Below, in pieces: positions 46,749-57,052 of a stretch of DNA of 64,000 nt. The stretch's first letter is position 1, and each line of letters opens with the position of its first letter. The stretch is from an uncultured Spirochaetota bacterium (lineage in GTDB: Bacteria > Spirochaetota > Spirochaetia > SZUA-6 > Fen-1364): NCBI GenBank assembly GCA_963820525.1, contig CAWGAA010000002.1:416001-480000 (forward strand), written 5' to 3'. The notes beneath the pieces are model-generated. The model was not told the origin of the DNA and did no database searches. It saw only the letters and a list, made by a program, of their open reading frames with translations. The position numbers and the translations under genes are program-made.

Positions 46749-49700
46749 ATGACTAACTGGAAAAAAATGGCTGCGATCGTCGTTTTGGAATGCTTCATCG
46801 GAAGCCTGGCGGCTCCGCCGTTTGTCGTGCTTGCCGAGCCTGCCGCCCCGGAGCCTTTGAGACTGGGAAGCCCTTCCGCGGTTTCTGACGAAACTTTTAT
46901 CGGCCTTGGGGCGGCGCAGGCCATTGCTGAATCTCCATTAAACATGATGAACCTCGAGGGCGTGGCGGGTAGGACGGCGGCCATGACGGCGCCTGTGAGG
47001 ACTCCACAGCCTGACGTGAAGCCTTTGGAATTGGCTCGAAAGATGATCGGGACCGAAGGGGGAGTTTTAGAGGCGGAAGGAGTCCGCCTGGAAGTTCCCG
47101 CGGGGGCGGTGGCGGAGCCCACGGAGTTTGTCATCCTTTCCCTTGAGAAAACGGCCTCCCTAAATGAGGGGATGGCGAACGCCACCTTGGGAAATCGGGG
47201 CTATCGGTTCGAGCCCGATGGAGCCCGGTTCAACCGCTCCCTGACCGTCAGCCTTGCCTTTGATCCGTCGCTGGCCGCCTCGGAAACGGCTCTCTCCAAC
47301 CTTTTTACTTATTTCTACAACGAGGAGACGAATCACTGGGAACGGCTTCTGCGAGTGGGAGTGGATCGGGATTCCTTCAGGGTGATCAGCATGACAAGCC
47401 ACTTCACGGACCTGATCAATGCGACCCTGAAGCTGCCGGAAGGCCCGCAGCCGCTTCAATTCGACGTAAATGCTATCAAGAGCCTTGAAGCGGCCAATCC
47501 CGTCACGGGGGTTCCGCAGCCCGAGGGGCTGGAAGGCGGGGTCTTTGGCTCGGCGAGCTTCAAGTTGAATTTCAGGCTGCCCGCCGGGCGGGGAAAAGCG
47601 GTGCCGGAATTGGCGATCCGCTACGGAAGCGATGGAGGCAACGGCATCCTGGGCAGGGGGTTTGATCTGGGGATCCCCTCAATCACCACGGACACCCGCT
47701 TTGGGCTGCCGGTCTACGACAGACGCGACACCTATGTCCTGGAAGGGGAGGAGTTGGTGCCCCAAGGGGACGCAGCCTCGGCAACTCTCTTCAAACCGCG
47801 CAAAGAGGCGGCCTTTGCCCAGGTGGTTCGGGCGCAAAAGGACGGCCGGGAATATTGGGAGGTGACGGACAAGGGCGGCACTACCCGTGTCTACGGCACG
47901 GGGGAGGCATGGCTGGGACCGGATCGCGGGGACCCGTCGAAGGTATATACCTGGTACCTCTCCCAGGTGCGGGACGCCAACGGCAACACTGTCGACTATG
48001 CCTACAGCTACGATCCTGAAGGATCCTACAGCTATCTCACGGAGGTTCGCTATTCAGGCCGGGTGACCGGCGAGAAGGGACCCTACCGGATAATCCTGGA
48101 ATATGAGGACCGCCAGGACCGGCGGAGCGACGCCCGCGGGAAGTTCGTATCGAAGCTGACCCAGCGGGTAAAGAACGTGCAGATCAATTATAACGACACT
48201 CTGATCCGCAGCTACCGTTTCACCTACCGCTACGACGAGTTCGGCCAGAGCCAACTGCTTTCCTACGCCGAGCGCGACAACCAGGGGGACGTGGTCTACA
48301 CCTACGAGTTCGAGTACTACAAGCCCGAAACCCAGAATGACGGGTACCGAGCCTTCGGAGCATCGGAAGAACAGTGGGGCGGACCCTCGACGACGTATCT
48401 CCATCAGGGCCATACGACCTCCATTGGGGCGAGCCTATACGCAGGGGTCGAATTGTGGATCCCCTGGTTCTATTTCTGGGGTATCGGCACACTCGCGCTC
48501 GCAAGTTTCGGAGTCAAGGGGGGATTCAGCACCTCCTCCGGCATTACAAGCAACAGCTTGCTTGACCTTGACGGGAACGGTCTGCCCGACCTGGTGTGGA
48601 AGAACGGGAACCAGCTTCAGGCCTACTTCAATCAAGGCGGAAGCTTTGGCTATGGTCCCTCTTGGAACGGCCTGTCCGGGCTCCTCGATTATGATAACCA
48701 GGACAGCTTCTTCGTAGGAGCTTCCGCATCCATCGGTGTGGTCTCCGGGGAAGCCACGTACCAAACCTCCTGGAGCAAAGCGAAGACTTCCTTTACCGAC
48801 ATCAACGGCGACGGCTTTCCCGACTATGTAAAGCTGGGGGACAGCGGCTTCGCGATGAATACAGGCAGCCAGTTCTCGCCTCAATCCTGGAGTTTTGCAC
48901 AAAGTCTTCAGACGCCCAGCGGGATAGGAGACGATGAGGAGGCCGGCTATCAGCGGACCTATTACCAGCAGGAGCCCCTCAGGCGGTGGACGGCATACCG
49001 GTCGGGGACCGTGGAGGTCGAGCAGGATGCCCGGCTGGAGAGCGGAGCAAGCGCTGACGGAGTGGTCCTGAAGACGTATCAGGGCGACTCCACGATCCAG
49101 GCATTTCCCCTCCACGGGGACGAGAGGGTTACACCGGATGAAAGCCGGCACGCCTATACCGTTGAGCGGGGCAAGGCCCTTTATTTCCATGAGGATACGC
49201 TCGCGGACGAACGGGGGGATTACTCGCAATGGAATGTGAAGGTTCGCTATACCCAGGTGAAGCTCTTTGAAGACCTTGGCGATTGGAGCGTAATATACAA
49301 TCCGCCGCCGAATAGCGAGAATAGCCTTCCGTGGGGCGATATTCGCCTCCAGCCGATATATGGCAGCTCAACCTCCAACGGCGTCACTACGTACACAAGA
49401 AAAACAGATTGGCAGAAATACACTACCGATGAAGTCTGCCTGGCCCTCCTGGAACATGGCGCATTCGTACCCTTGCGGATCCCGGTTGAGCAGTTCCAGA
49501 AGATGTATAGCCGGGGTGACTCGGAAAAGATGCTGTTTACGCAACAAGAAATCGACGACTTAATAAAAGCGGGGGTGAGCCCAACGGACGCGTCGAAGAG
49601 CCTATTCCTTGCCGCCGGGTACTACTACAAGCCGGAGATAAAACAGTTCTTATGGCTGCCGGAGGATGATCTGCCCTTGCGGATGACGGATGAGAGCACG

Positions 49701-52700
49701 AAGAAGGTAAACCAGGCGCTTTTGGACCTCATAAAGAAGTATAGAGCACCGATAGCCCAGGACCTCTTGCAGGCATTAAACAGCTCCGAACGGGTGGAGC
49801 TCGGGACTTACGTGTGGTTGGACGGACGGAAAATCTTCCCTCGAGCGGCAGAAGGCGGGATGTACGAGGTGCCTGTGAATGCCCCGATCGTGTATCCAGC
49901 TCCGACTCTTGGTGATCCCCCCGAACTTGGGACAGAGCTTCCTACCAAGGGATTGCTGGTGGACCGCTATACGGACCCCGTGAGCGGGGGTTCAGCCCAG
50001 GTTTGGATGCGATCCGGGACCGTTGTGCGTGACCTCGATGGTGTTGAGACTACGATCGCGAACCCAGAGCTTTCAATAAGCGGAACCGATCCCATGACAG
50101 TGCGTTACAGGTACGACGGGGTACTGCGGGAGGTAGTGGTTGAAGGAAGAAATGCACTCCTCGAGAGCCTGCCAGCGTGGGTATACGAAGGCCCTTTGAC
50201 GGATGCACTGCTGGCACAGGAAACCTTTTCAACCTATGGGTATTCTACCCTTCCCGCCGCGGCTTGGACGGCCATTCGGGACGCCATAAGCAGCCAGACG
50301 GACAAGGACCTCTTTATCGATTCCTATCAGCAGGCGGGTGAGGACTACCAGCTGAAGACCGACATCACCGCGGCGGATTTTCAAGCCCTTCTGCGGATCC
50401 TGGACGAACGGACGGCACAGTCCGGCTGCCTCTTTGGAGTCCTCCCTGGGATTCCCGGAAGACAGAACAGGCTGATGCGGCTGACCGCTTCGGAATACTC
50501 CGCGTTCATGACCGTCGACGGCAGCCTGACGGGACTGTTCGGCAGCTATGCCGAAGGCGGCGTCACCTGGTATTACCTCAAGAGCACCCTGACGACGGGC
50601 GAGCGGACAGCCCTCCACGCGGCGATGATTGCCTGGCGGAGGGATCGGGAAGTCTTCCCTTATTATCAGCGGTCCACGGATGGCAAGACATGGAATCTAC
50701 GCGCGGATTTGACTGCAGCTCAGCGGGAGGCGGTGAAGACCCTACTGGCTTCCCTGGGGCTTGCCATCTGGACCGCGGTAAAAAGGTCTTTCCTCTATAG
50801 ATCGACGGATCTCTTCCCGGTAGCGAAGGCCTCACTACCCAGCGGTGCTGGCGAGGTATCTCTGGCCCCCACTGACGGCGTGACGCGTACAGTAGCGGGC
50901 TCGAGCCGAATCAGGCTGCCGTCTTTTGACAGCGGGGGGCAAACCATTTATCTGCCGCTTTACTTGCATATCTTCGATGGCGGCATCGATTTCTCTGCGG
51001 TTGACCTGACGGCCTTGCCGGAAGGAAAACTCTATGAGGATACCCGGCCGGTGGTTCCGGATCCCTTCAGCGGCGGAGTCTACGGGTGGTATTACGGGAA
51101 TTGGAGCGGCTATTACGACTGGGGGGAGGCTCTTCTTACGAAAGACGCCTCAAAGGGATATGACCCGCAGAAAACGAAAGGCGCCCCACCTCCGTTCTTC
51201 ACCGCCGCGGAGATTAACACGGCGGACGGAAAGCCTCAGATCGTGAGCACGGGCAGGGATTCATTCGCCCACTCGGTAGCAGGAGACGCATGGATAGGTC
51301 CCGTGAGCGGGTACTCCGACGTGGAGTTGGATGAAACAGGTGGGTTCACCACTGTCGCGTACACCTTCGCTGCCGTTATCCAGGGCGATCAAGTGTTGGC
51401 CACACGAAACGGCGGCGACACCTACTACAAGATTCCCCGGGGTTCCGTTCAAGGCGCCGGCGGAAGTCTCGCTTCAATCCGGACCAGCAAGACTCAGGCG
51501 TTGGACATCAACGGTACCATAAGTCTGGGTGGAATAGGTGGCGGGAGCTTGAGCTTGAACACATCCCAATCCTGGGAATACCAGGCCCTGATGGATCTGA
51601 ACGGTGACCGATATCCGGATGTGGTGCAGTTCCAGGAGGGCGGCAGCCCCAACTTCGCGCTGTTGCCGGGAACCGGCAGCGGTTTCGGCGCTGCGCAGAG
51701 TTTCAGCGGCCTGAACTCCCATGCCAGCTATTTTGACAATGCGAGCTACGGATTCGGCGCAACGTTGGGAGTCGCGGTCGGCAGTCAGATGCTCACCGTG
51801 GACCCCAGCGGGAAAATGGTCACGGTCACGACGAACGGCGTGCAGGGCGGAGGAGCCAGCGTTGGAGTAAACGGCACCGCAGGATATTCGGTGCAGCAGG
51901 AAGGTTTTATCGACGTCAATGGCGACGGCCTGCCTGACCAGGTGCGCCGGACCGGAACCGAAAGCTACAGTGTAGCGCTGAATCTTGGCAATGGCAGCTT
52001 TGCTTCGCCTGCCGGCTGGGATGGTGGTCTGGACATGCAGGTAATAGAGGGATTGCCGGGCCTGCAGTCATTACCCAAGGGGATTACACACTCGGGCACC
52101 GGGAGTTTTGGCGGATCGGTCGGCATCTCGATCGCCGCGGGAGTTGTAGGAGGGGGCATCTCGGTGGGCTACACCGGTACGGTAAACCAGACCTACAGCC
52201 AACTCCTGGATGTCAATGGCGATGGCCTGCCGGACCAGGTGGGCAAGAAAGCCGATGAGAACTTCTTCCGAGTGAGGTTCAACTGGGGAGATCAGTTCGG
52301 ACCCGAGGCGAAATTGTATCGGCCGGACTGGGGCACCACCGAGGATGAGCTGAAAAACGCCATTTCCAATGATCTGAGCAGCCTCCAGATAGACGGCTTT
52401 GGGGATCCTTTTGGACTGACGTGGCCTACAATTAGGGGGCTGCCGGGCGCCTCCGATAATTTGTTCGCTGCGGCAATGGACCCCTACAGGGTCGACGATG
52501 TATTGGAATACACAAGCGGAGTGAGCTATAACTTCGGCGCGAACCTGACGGTCAAATTCCTCTTCCCCCTTGTGGCGTTGACGTTTACTGCGGGAGTGAA
52601 CGGAAGCACCGCTACGTCTTCAGCCACCCTGAAGTTCACCGACCTGGATGGGGATGGCCTGCCGGATCACGTTTTGAAAATGCCGGGGGAAAGCTTCCTT

Positions 52701-55700
52701 CGGGTGAAACGCAACAGCCTGGGGATGGCTGGGCTGCTCAAAACAATCATGTTGCCCCAGGGTGGAACCTTTGAGCTGGCGTACCAGCGCGCGGGAAACA
52801 CCGTGGCAATGCCGCAGAACCGATGGGTTCTTGCCTCTGTGACCAAAGACGATGGGCTCTCCAGCCTGGCTTCGGATCGTGGCGCTCACCGCATCGAAGT
52901 ATCCTACTCCTATGAAGACGGCCAATACGATCGGAGCGAAAGGGAGTTCTGGGGCTTCGCCAAGGTGACCTCCAGCTTCGCGGATGGATCGAAGCGGATT
53001 GTCCACTATCACAATCTGGATCATTTCCGCAGGGGTATGGCCTACCTGACCGAGGTCACGGGCCCCGTGGGAAACAATCCGAATGCGCTGCTGAGGGAGA
53101 GCCGCAGCGAGATCATCAACGTGCCGGTGCCCTCCATTAGCGCCAAGACAGTGAGCTTTCCCGCCGTGCAGTGGGAGCGCAGCCGCTCGTACGAAGAGGG
53201 ACGCACGGACCGGTACATCGAGACTGAACGGGAGTACAGCTATGACAGCTACGGCAACGTTTCGGTCCTGAAGGACGACGGAGATACCGCCACGAGCGCG
53301 GATGATATGGAGGCCAGCATCTCCTACGCCACGCTGCCCGGGTACTTGAAACAACATCCCTCGCGGATCGTCGTGGAGGACGGTGCCGGGAATCTCCTTC
53401 GGCAGCGGGAAGGCAGCTACGATGGTCTGGGCAACCTCACGGAGCTGAGGCAGTGGGAGTCTTCCGGGGTTTATCACAGCTACCTTATAGCCTGGGACTC
53501 TTATGGGAACCTGAAGTCGATCACGGATCCCCGAGGCGCCGCGGTGGCATGGGATTACGATACCGTGGTGCATGAGTATGTGACTACTATCCGACAATAC
53601 AACGCCTTGAAAGCCGGAGTGAGCTACCAAAGCAGTCAGTCATGGGACTATGCGTTGGGCGTACCTTTGACCAAGACGGACCAGGCCGGTGAGACCATGG
53701 AGTACAGCTACGATCCGGCGGGACGGCTGACGGAGGTTTGGAGCCCCTACGATACGGGGAACCTTCCGGCGGTGAGCTACGAGTACCTCACCAACCATTT
53801 CCCCTGGCAGGCGGTGAGCGAGAACAAGCTGACCTATGATCCGGAAGACGAGAGTACTATCGTCACGGTCATTACGGTTGATGGGCTGGGCCGAGTGGCT
53901 CAGACGGCCAAGACGGGAGAAGTGCGGGCTGGCACCGACCACCTGGTGGGGTGGAACTTGTCCGGAGCCGTCAAGTACGATGAGAAAGGCAGGACGATCG
54001 CGCAAGGGCAGCCTGTATTCGAAGAGGGTTCAGGCCTGCCTGACCTGGCGCTCATGAAGAAGCCGACCCTGACCGCCTACGATGCGCTGGACCGCGTGTT
54101 GACGGTGACTTTGCCGGATGGGGCGGTGACGGAATCGCACTATGCTCTGCGGGACGGCAAGTCCCTGGAAGCCGTAATCGATCCCCTGGGCCGGATCACC
54201 GAGCGCCTGTTGGACGGCCGGGGAAACGTGGCCGAGGTTCGGAAACTGAGCAAGGTGGGGATGCTTCTGACCAGCGCCACGTATCAGTACAATCCTTTGG
54301 GTGAGATCCTCACCGTGCTGGACCATAAAGGGAACGCCGTTCGAAGCGAATACGATCTTTTAGGCCGCCGCACCCGGCTTGAGAGCCCCGACGGGGGAGT
54401 CATCACCTACGGCTACGACGAGGCGGGGAACCTGAGCTGGAAGCAGAGCTCTGTGCTTCGCAGCCGCGATGATGCGATCCGCTACGAATACGACGAGCTG
54501 AATCGCCTGGTCAAGACCGACTATCCCACGAGCCCCGACGTGGAGAACGTCTATGGCGGCCCCGAAGCTGCGGATGGCGGGGCAGGCCGTCTGATCTCCC
54601 GAAGCGATGGAACAGGCACCGTAACCTATCTCTACGGGAAGCTTGGCGAGACGGTGGGCATGAGCCGCACGATGAAGCGCTTCACCCACTACCAGCCTCC
54701 CATCACGGCCACATTCCGCTATGAGTGGGACTACCTGGGACGGATGCAGGAGGTACGCTACCCCGATGGGGAGATCGTGCTGTATGGCTATGACGAGGGC
54801 GGGCAGATTGCCACGGTAACCGGGTATCATGACGGCTATTCTGAGATTGACGGGCTGGATCATTGGGGCTCCTGGCATTACTGGTGGTCCCATGACAGGG
54901 GCCGGCGGTGGGGCAGGGGGCACGGCTGGGGGTGGTACTCCTGCCTGTGGTCGCGCAACTGGGGAAGCTGGTGGGGCGGGCACTGTCGACACACCTGGAG
55001 TCACCACCACTGGCACAGAAAGCATCCATCTGAGAGCTTTACGGTGACGGATTACGTGCAAGATATTGGTTACGATGAATTCGGGCAGCGTGTCAGCATC
55101 GATCTGGGCAACGGCATCGAGACCACCTACACATATGATGAGAACAGGCGGTGGCTGGACACGATCACCACAAAGACTGCGGATGCAGTCACCCTGCAGG
55201 GCATCGACTACAGCTTCGACCTGGTGGGGAATATCCAGGGGACGACAAACACAGCAACGGCCTTTGGCAAGGGCTACAGTACATCCACGAGCTATGCCTA
55301 TGACGATCTGGATCAGCTTGTCGTGGCCACGGGGAGTCTCACCAAGACGGTGGACAACACCTACCCCTGGCGGCCGGATGGCTGGCACACGCAGTACACC
55401 TCAAGCTACACGCAGAGCTTCTCCTTCGACTCGCTGGGCAACATGACGCGAAAGACGAGCACGGAAGCCAGCACGCCCCACGATCACCCCTGGGAGTCGC
55501 TGGACTATGACTTGAGCTACCAGTACTACGCGGGCAAGGCGCACCAGGCGGAGCGGATTGGCGACATGTGGTACCGCTACGACGCCAACGGGAACCTGGC
55601 GGAGGAGCGGCGCTGGGGACATGGACGGGAACCGCTGGAGAATCCCTGGGTGAAAAGCTCAGGGGCGCTGGGGATGAGCAACCGGGGCTTTGGGCTTGAT

Positions 55701-57041
55701 ACAGCCGCGGACACGCAGTCGGAAGCGCAGCAGGAGAAGACGCATGAGGGGAAGCCCGGCTATGGGGATGCCGCGGGCAGAAGCTACAGCGAGCGGGAGT
55801 ACGTCTGGGATGAAGAGAACCGGCTGGTGCGAACAGAGGAGCACGGGGGCCTGACGGTGGAGTACCGCTACGGAGCCGATGGGCAGCGGGCGGCGAAGTA
55901 TTCAGCAGCCGGGGAGACGTTGTACTTCGACAGCATGTGGACGGGCACGGTGGACTGGCCGAACGGCTGGCGGTGGAGCAAGCACATCTACGTGGGCTCC
56001 ACGCGCATCGCCACGCGGTTGGGCTATGACGGGCACGAGCAGGACCTGGACTACAAGCTGGTGAACACCTACTATTATCATAGTGACCATCTGGGGAGCG
56101 TGCATCTGGTGACCGACTATCAGGGCAAGGTGTACGAGCATATCGAGTACACCCCCTATGGGGAGCTGTGGGTGGAGCACGGGCCTGAGGGAATAGAGGC
56201 GGTGCCCTACCGCTTCACGGGCAAAGAGCTGGACGATGAGACGGGCCTCTACTACTACGGGGCGCGGTACCTCAACCCGAGGACCAGCAGGTGGATCTCA
56301 GCCGACCCGGCGATAGAAGGCTATCTGCCCGAGGCTCCGGTTTCGGATGAGGCGCTAAAGAAGAATCAGAACCTGCCGGGGATGGGCGGGGTGTTCAATC
56401 CCATAAACTTGGCGGTGTATCACTACGGTGGGAATAATCCGGTAAGGTATTCGGATCCAACAGGGAGAGAAGATACATCAGAAAGATTAGCCTGGTTGAC
56501 ATCTCAAGATTATGTAGGCAATATAAGCGAAGATTTATTATCACAAAGCACATATACTAGGCCTGGCACCGCAATTGGTACAGTAGCTTCGGTGACAATA
56601 CACTATACAGGAGCTGCTAATCAAACGCCTAAAGAAACAAGAGATTTTTGGGAGGGATTGGCAAGCCAGACTTCTGCAACAAAAAATCCTCGATATGCGA
56701 GTGCGCACTATATTATCGGAGTTGATGGTAGTATTCTAAGGACTGTTCCTGAAGGTGAAGTAGCAAATCATTCTGGAGATGCTACAGGAAATACATCATC
56801 AATTGCGATTGAAATGGAACCAATAAATGCAGCAGGGGGATTTGATGATAGAACATATAAAGCAGCAGTGCAATTGACTGCTTCTATTCTAAAAGAAAAG
56901 GGGCTTACTTCATCAGATGTAAAGAGGCATTATGATTGGAATAGCAAAGTGTGTCCGAAATATTTTGTAGATAATCCTGACAAATGGACGACTTTCAAAA
57001 CAGATGTTGGGATTGTTCTTGATGACTTAAATTCTAAGTGA
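46749..57041 (+). CDS. 3430-aa SpvB/TcdB-type RHS (YD-repeat) polymorphic toxin with C-terminal N-acetylmuramoyl-L-alanine amidase
   Basis: Signal peptide; ZU5-like IGTEGGVL..LEVPAGA; SpvB-like LPAGRG..PELAIRYGSDGGNG.LGRGF; FG-GAP D(L/V/I)(D/N)GDGLPD repeats; EREFWGFAKV; YD repeats; core YHSDHLGS, YTPYGE, RFTGKELD.ETGLYYYGARY, NPVRYSDPTG; tip IHYT..SAHYII..HSG..SIAIE..RHYDW..KVCP. Confidence 0.92.
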   Translation: MTNWKKMAAIVVLECFIGSLAAPPFVVLAEPAAPEPLRLGSPSAVSDETFIGLGAAQAIAESPLNMMNLEGVAGRTAAMTAPVRTPQPDVKPLELARKMIGTEGGVLEAEGVRLEVPAGAVAEPTEFVILSLEKTASLNEGMANATLGNRGYRFEPDGARFNRSLTVSLAFDPSLAASETALSNLFTYFYNEETNHWERLLRVGVDRDSFRVISMTSHFTDLINATLKLPEGPQPLQFDVNAIKSLEAANPVTGVPQPEGLEGGVFGSASFKLNFRLPAGRGKAVPELAIRYGSDGGNGILGRGFDLGIPSITTDTRFGLPVYDRRDTYVLEGEELVPQGDAASATLFKPRKEAAFAQVVRAQKDGREYWEVTDKGGTTRVYGTGEAWLGPDRGDPSKVYTWYLSQVRDANGNTVDYAYSYDPEGSYSYLTEVRYSGRVTGEKGPYRIILEYEDRQDRRSDARGKFVSKLTQRVKNVQINYNDTLIRSYRFTYRYDEFGQSQLLSYAERDNQGDVVYTYEFEYYKPETQNDGYRAFGASEEQWGGPSTTYLHQGHTTSIGASLYAGVELWIPWFYFWGIGTLALASFGVKGGFSTSSGITSNSLLDLDGNGLPDLVWKNGNQLQAYFNQGGSFGYGPSWNGLSGLLDYDNQDSFFVGASASIGVVSGEATYQTSWSKAKTSFTDINGDGFPDYVKLGDSGFAMNTGSQFSPQSWSFAQSLQTPSGIGDDEEAGYQRTYYQQEPLRRWTAYRSGTVEVEQDARLESGASADGVVLKTYQGDSTIQAFPLHGDERVTPDESRHAYTVERGKALYFHEDTLADERGDYSQWNVKVRYTQVKLFEDLGDWSVIYNPPPNSENSLPWGDIRLQPIYGSSTSNGVTTYTRKTDWQKYTTDEVCLALLEHGAFVPLRIPVEQFQKMYSRGDSEKMLFTQQEIDDLIKAGVSPTDASKSLFLAAGYYYKPEIKQFLWLPEDDLPLRMTDESTKKVNQALLDLIKKYRAPIAQDLLQALNSSERVELGTYVWLDGRKIFPRAAEGGMYEVPVNAPIVYPAPTLGDPPELGTELPTKGLLVDRYTDPVSGGSAQVWMRSGTVVRDLDGVETTIANPELSISGTDPMTVRYRYDGVLREVVVEGRNALLESLPAWVYEGPLTDALLAQETFSTYGYSTLPAAAWTAIRDAISSQTDKDLFIDSYQQAGEDYQLKTDITAADFQALLRILDERTAQSGCLFGVLPGIPGRQNRLMRLTASEYSAFMTVDGSLTGLFGSYAEGGVTWYYLKSTLTTGERTALHAAMIAWRRDREVFPYYQRSTDGKTWNLRADLTAAQREAVKTLLASLGLAIWTAVKRSFLYRSTDLFPVAKASLPSGAGEVSLAPTDGVTRTVAGSSRIRLPSFDSGGQTIYLPLYLHIFDGGIDFSAVDLTALPEGKLYEDTRPVVPDPFSGGVYGWYYGNWSGYYDWGEALLTKDASKGYDPQKTKGAPPPFFTAAEINTADGKPQIVSTGRDSFAHSVAGDAWIGPVSGYSDVELDETGGFTTVAYTFAAVIQGDQVLATRNGGDTYYKIPRGSVQGAGGSLASIRTSKTQALDINGTISLGGIGGGSLSLNTSQSWEYQALMDLNGDRYPDVVQFQEGGSPNFALLPGTGSGFGAAQSFSGLNSHASYFDNASYGFGATLGVAVGSQMLTVDPSGKMVTVTTNGVQGGGASVGVNGTAGYSVQQEGFIDVNGDGLPDQVRRTGTESYSVALNLGNGSFASPAGWDGGLDMQVIEGLPGLQSLPKGITHSGTGSFGGSVGISIAAGVVGGGISVGYTGTVNQTYSQLLDVNGDGLPDQVGKKADENFFRVRFNWGDQFGPEAKLYRPDWGTTEDELKNAISNDLSSLQIDGFGDPFGLTWPTIRGLPGASDNLFAAAMDPYRVDDVLEYTSGVSYNFGANLTVKFLFPLVALTFTAGVNGSTATSSATLKFTDLDGDGLPDHVLKMPGESFLRVKRNSLGMAGLLKTIMLPQGGTFELAYQRAGNTVAMPQNRWVLASVTKDDGLSSLASDRGAHRIEVSYSYEDGQYDRSEREFWGFAKVTSSFADGSKRIVHYHNLDHFRRGMAYLTEVTGPVGNNPNALLRESRSEIINVPVPSISAKTVSFPAVQWERSRSYEEGRTDRYIETEREYSYDSYGNVSVLKDDGDTATSADDMEASISYATLPGYLKQHPSRIVVEDGAGNLLRQREGSYDGLGNLTELRQWESSGVYHSYLIAWDSYGNLKSITDPRGAAVAWDYDTVVHEYVTTIRQYNALKAGVSYQSSQSWDYALGVPLTKTDQAGETMEYSYDPAGRLTEVWSPYDTGNLPAVSYEYLTNHFPWQAVSENKLTYDPEDESTIVTVITVDGLGRVAQTAKTGEVRAGTDHLVGWNLSGAVKYDEKGRTIAQGQPVFEEGSGLPDLALMKKPTLTAYDALDRVLTVTLPDGAVTESHYALRDGKSLEAVIDPLGRITERLLDGRGNVAEVRKLSKVGMLLTSATYQYNPLGEILTVLDHKGNAVRSEYDLLGRRTRLESPDGGVITYGYDEAGNLSWKQSSVLRSRDDAIRYEYDELNRLVKTDYPTSPDVENVYGGPEAADGGAGRLISRSDGTGTVTYLYGKLGETVGMSRTMKRFTHYQPPITATFRYEWDYLGRMQEVRYPDGEIVLYGYDEGGQIATVTGYHDGYSEIDGLDHWGSWHYWWSHDRGRRWGRGHGWGWYSCLWSRNWGSWWGGHCRHTWSHHHWHRKHPSESFTVTDYVQDIGYDEFGQRVSIDLGNGIETTYTYDENRRWLDTITTKTADAVTLQGIDYSFDLVGNIQGTTNTATAFGKGYSTSTSYAYDDLDQLVVATGSLTKTVDNTYPWRPDGWHTQYTSSYTQSFSFDSLGNMTRKTSTEASTPHDHPWESLDYDLSYQYYAGKAHQAERIGDMWYRYDANGNLAEERRWGHGREPLENPWVKSSGALGMSNRGFGLDTAADTQSEAQQEKTHEGKPGYGDAAGRSYSEREYVWDEENRLVRTEEHGGLTVEYRYGADGQRAAKYSAAGETLYFDSMWTGTVDWPNGWRWSKHIYVGSTRIATRLGYDGHEQDLDYKLVNTYYYHSDHLGSVHLVTDYQGKVYEHIEYTPYGELWVEHGPEGIEAVPYRFTGKELDDETGLYYYGARYLNPRTSRWISADPAIEGYLPEAPVSDEALKKNQNLPGMGGVFNPINLAVYHYGGNNPVRYSDPTGREDTSERLAWLTSQDYVGNISEDLLSQSTYTRPGTAIGTVASVTIHYTGAANQTPKETRDFWEGLASQTSATKNPRYASAHYIIGVDGSILRTVPEGEVANHSGDATGNTSSIAIEMEPINAAGGFDDRTYKAAVQLTASILKEKGLTSSDVKRHYDWNSKVCPKYFVDNPDKWTTFKTDVGIVLDDLNSK

Positions 57042-57052
57042 GGTAATGGACA

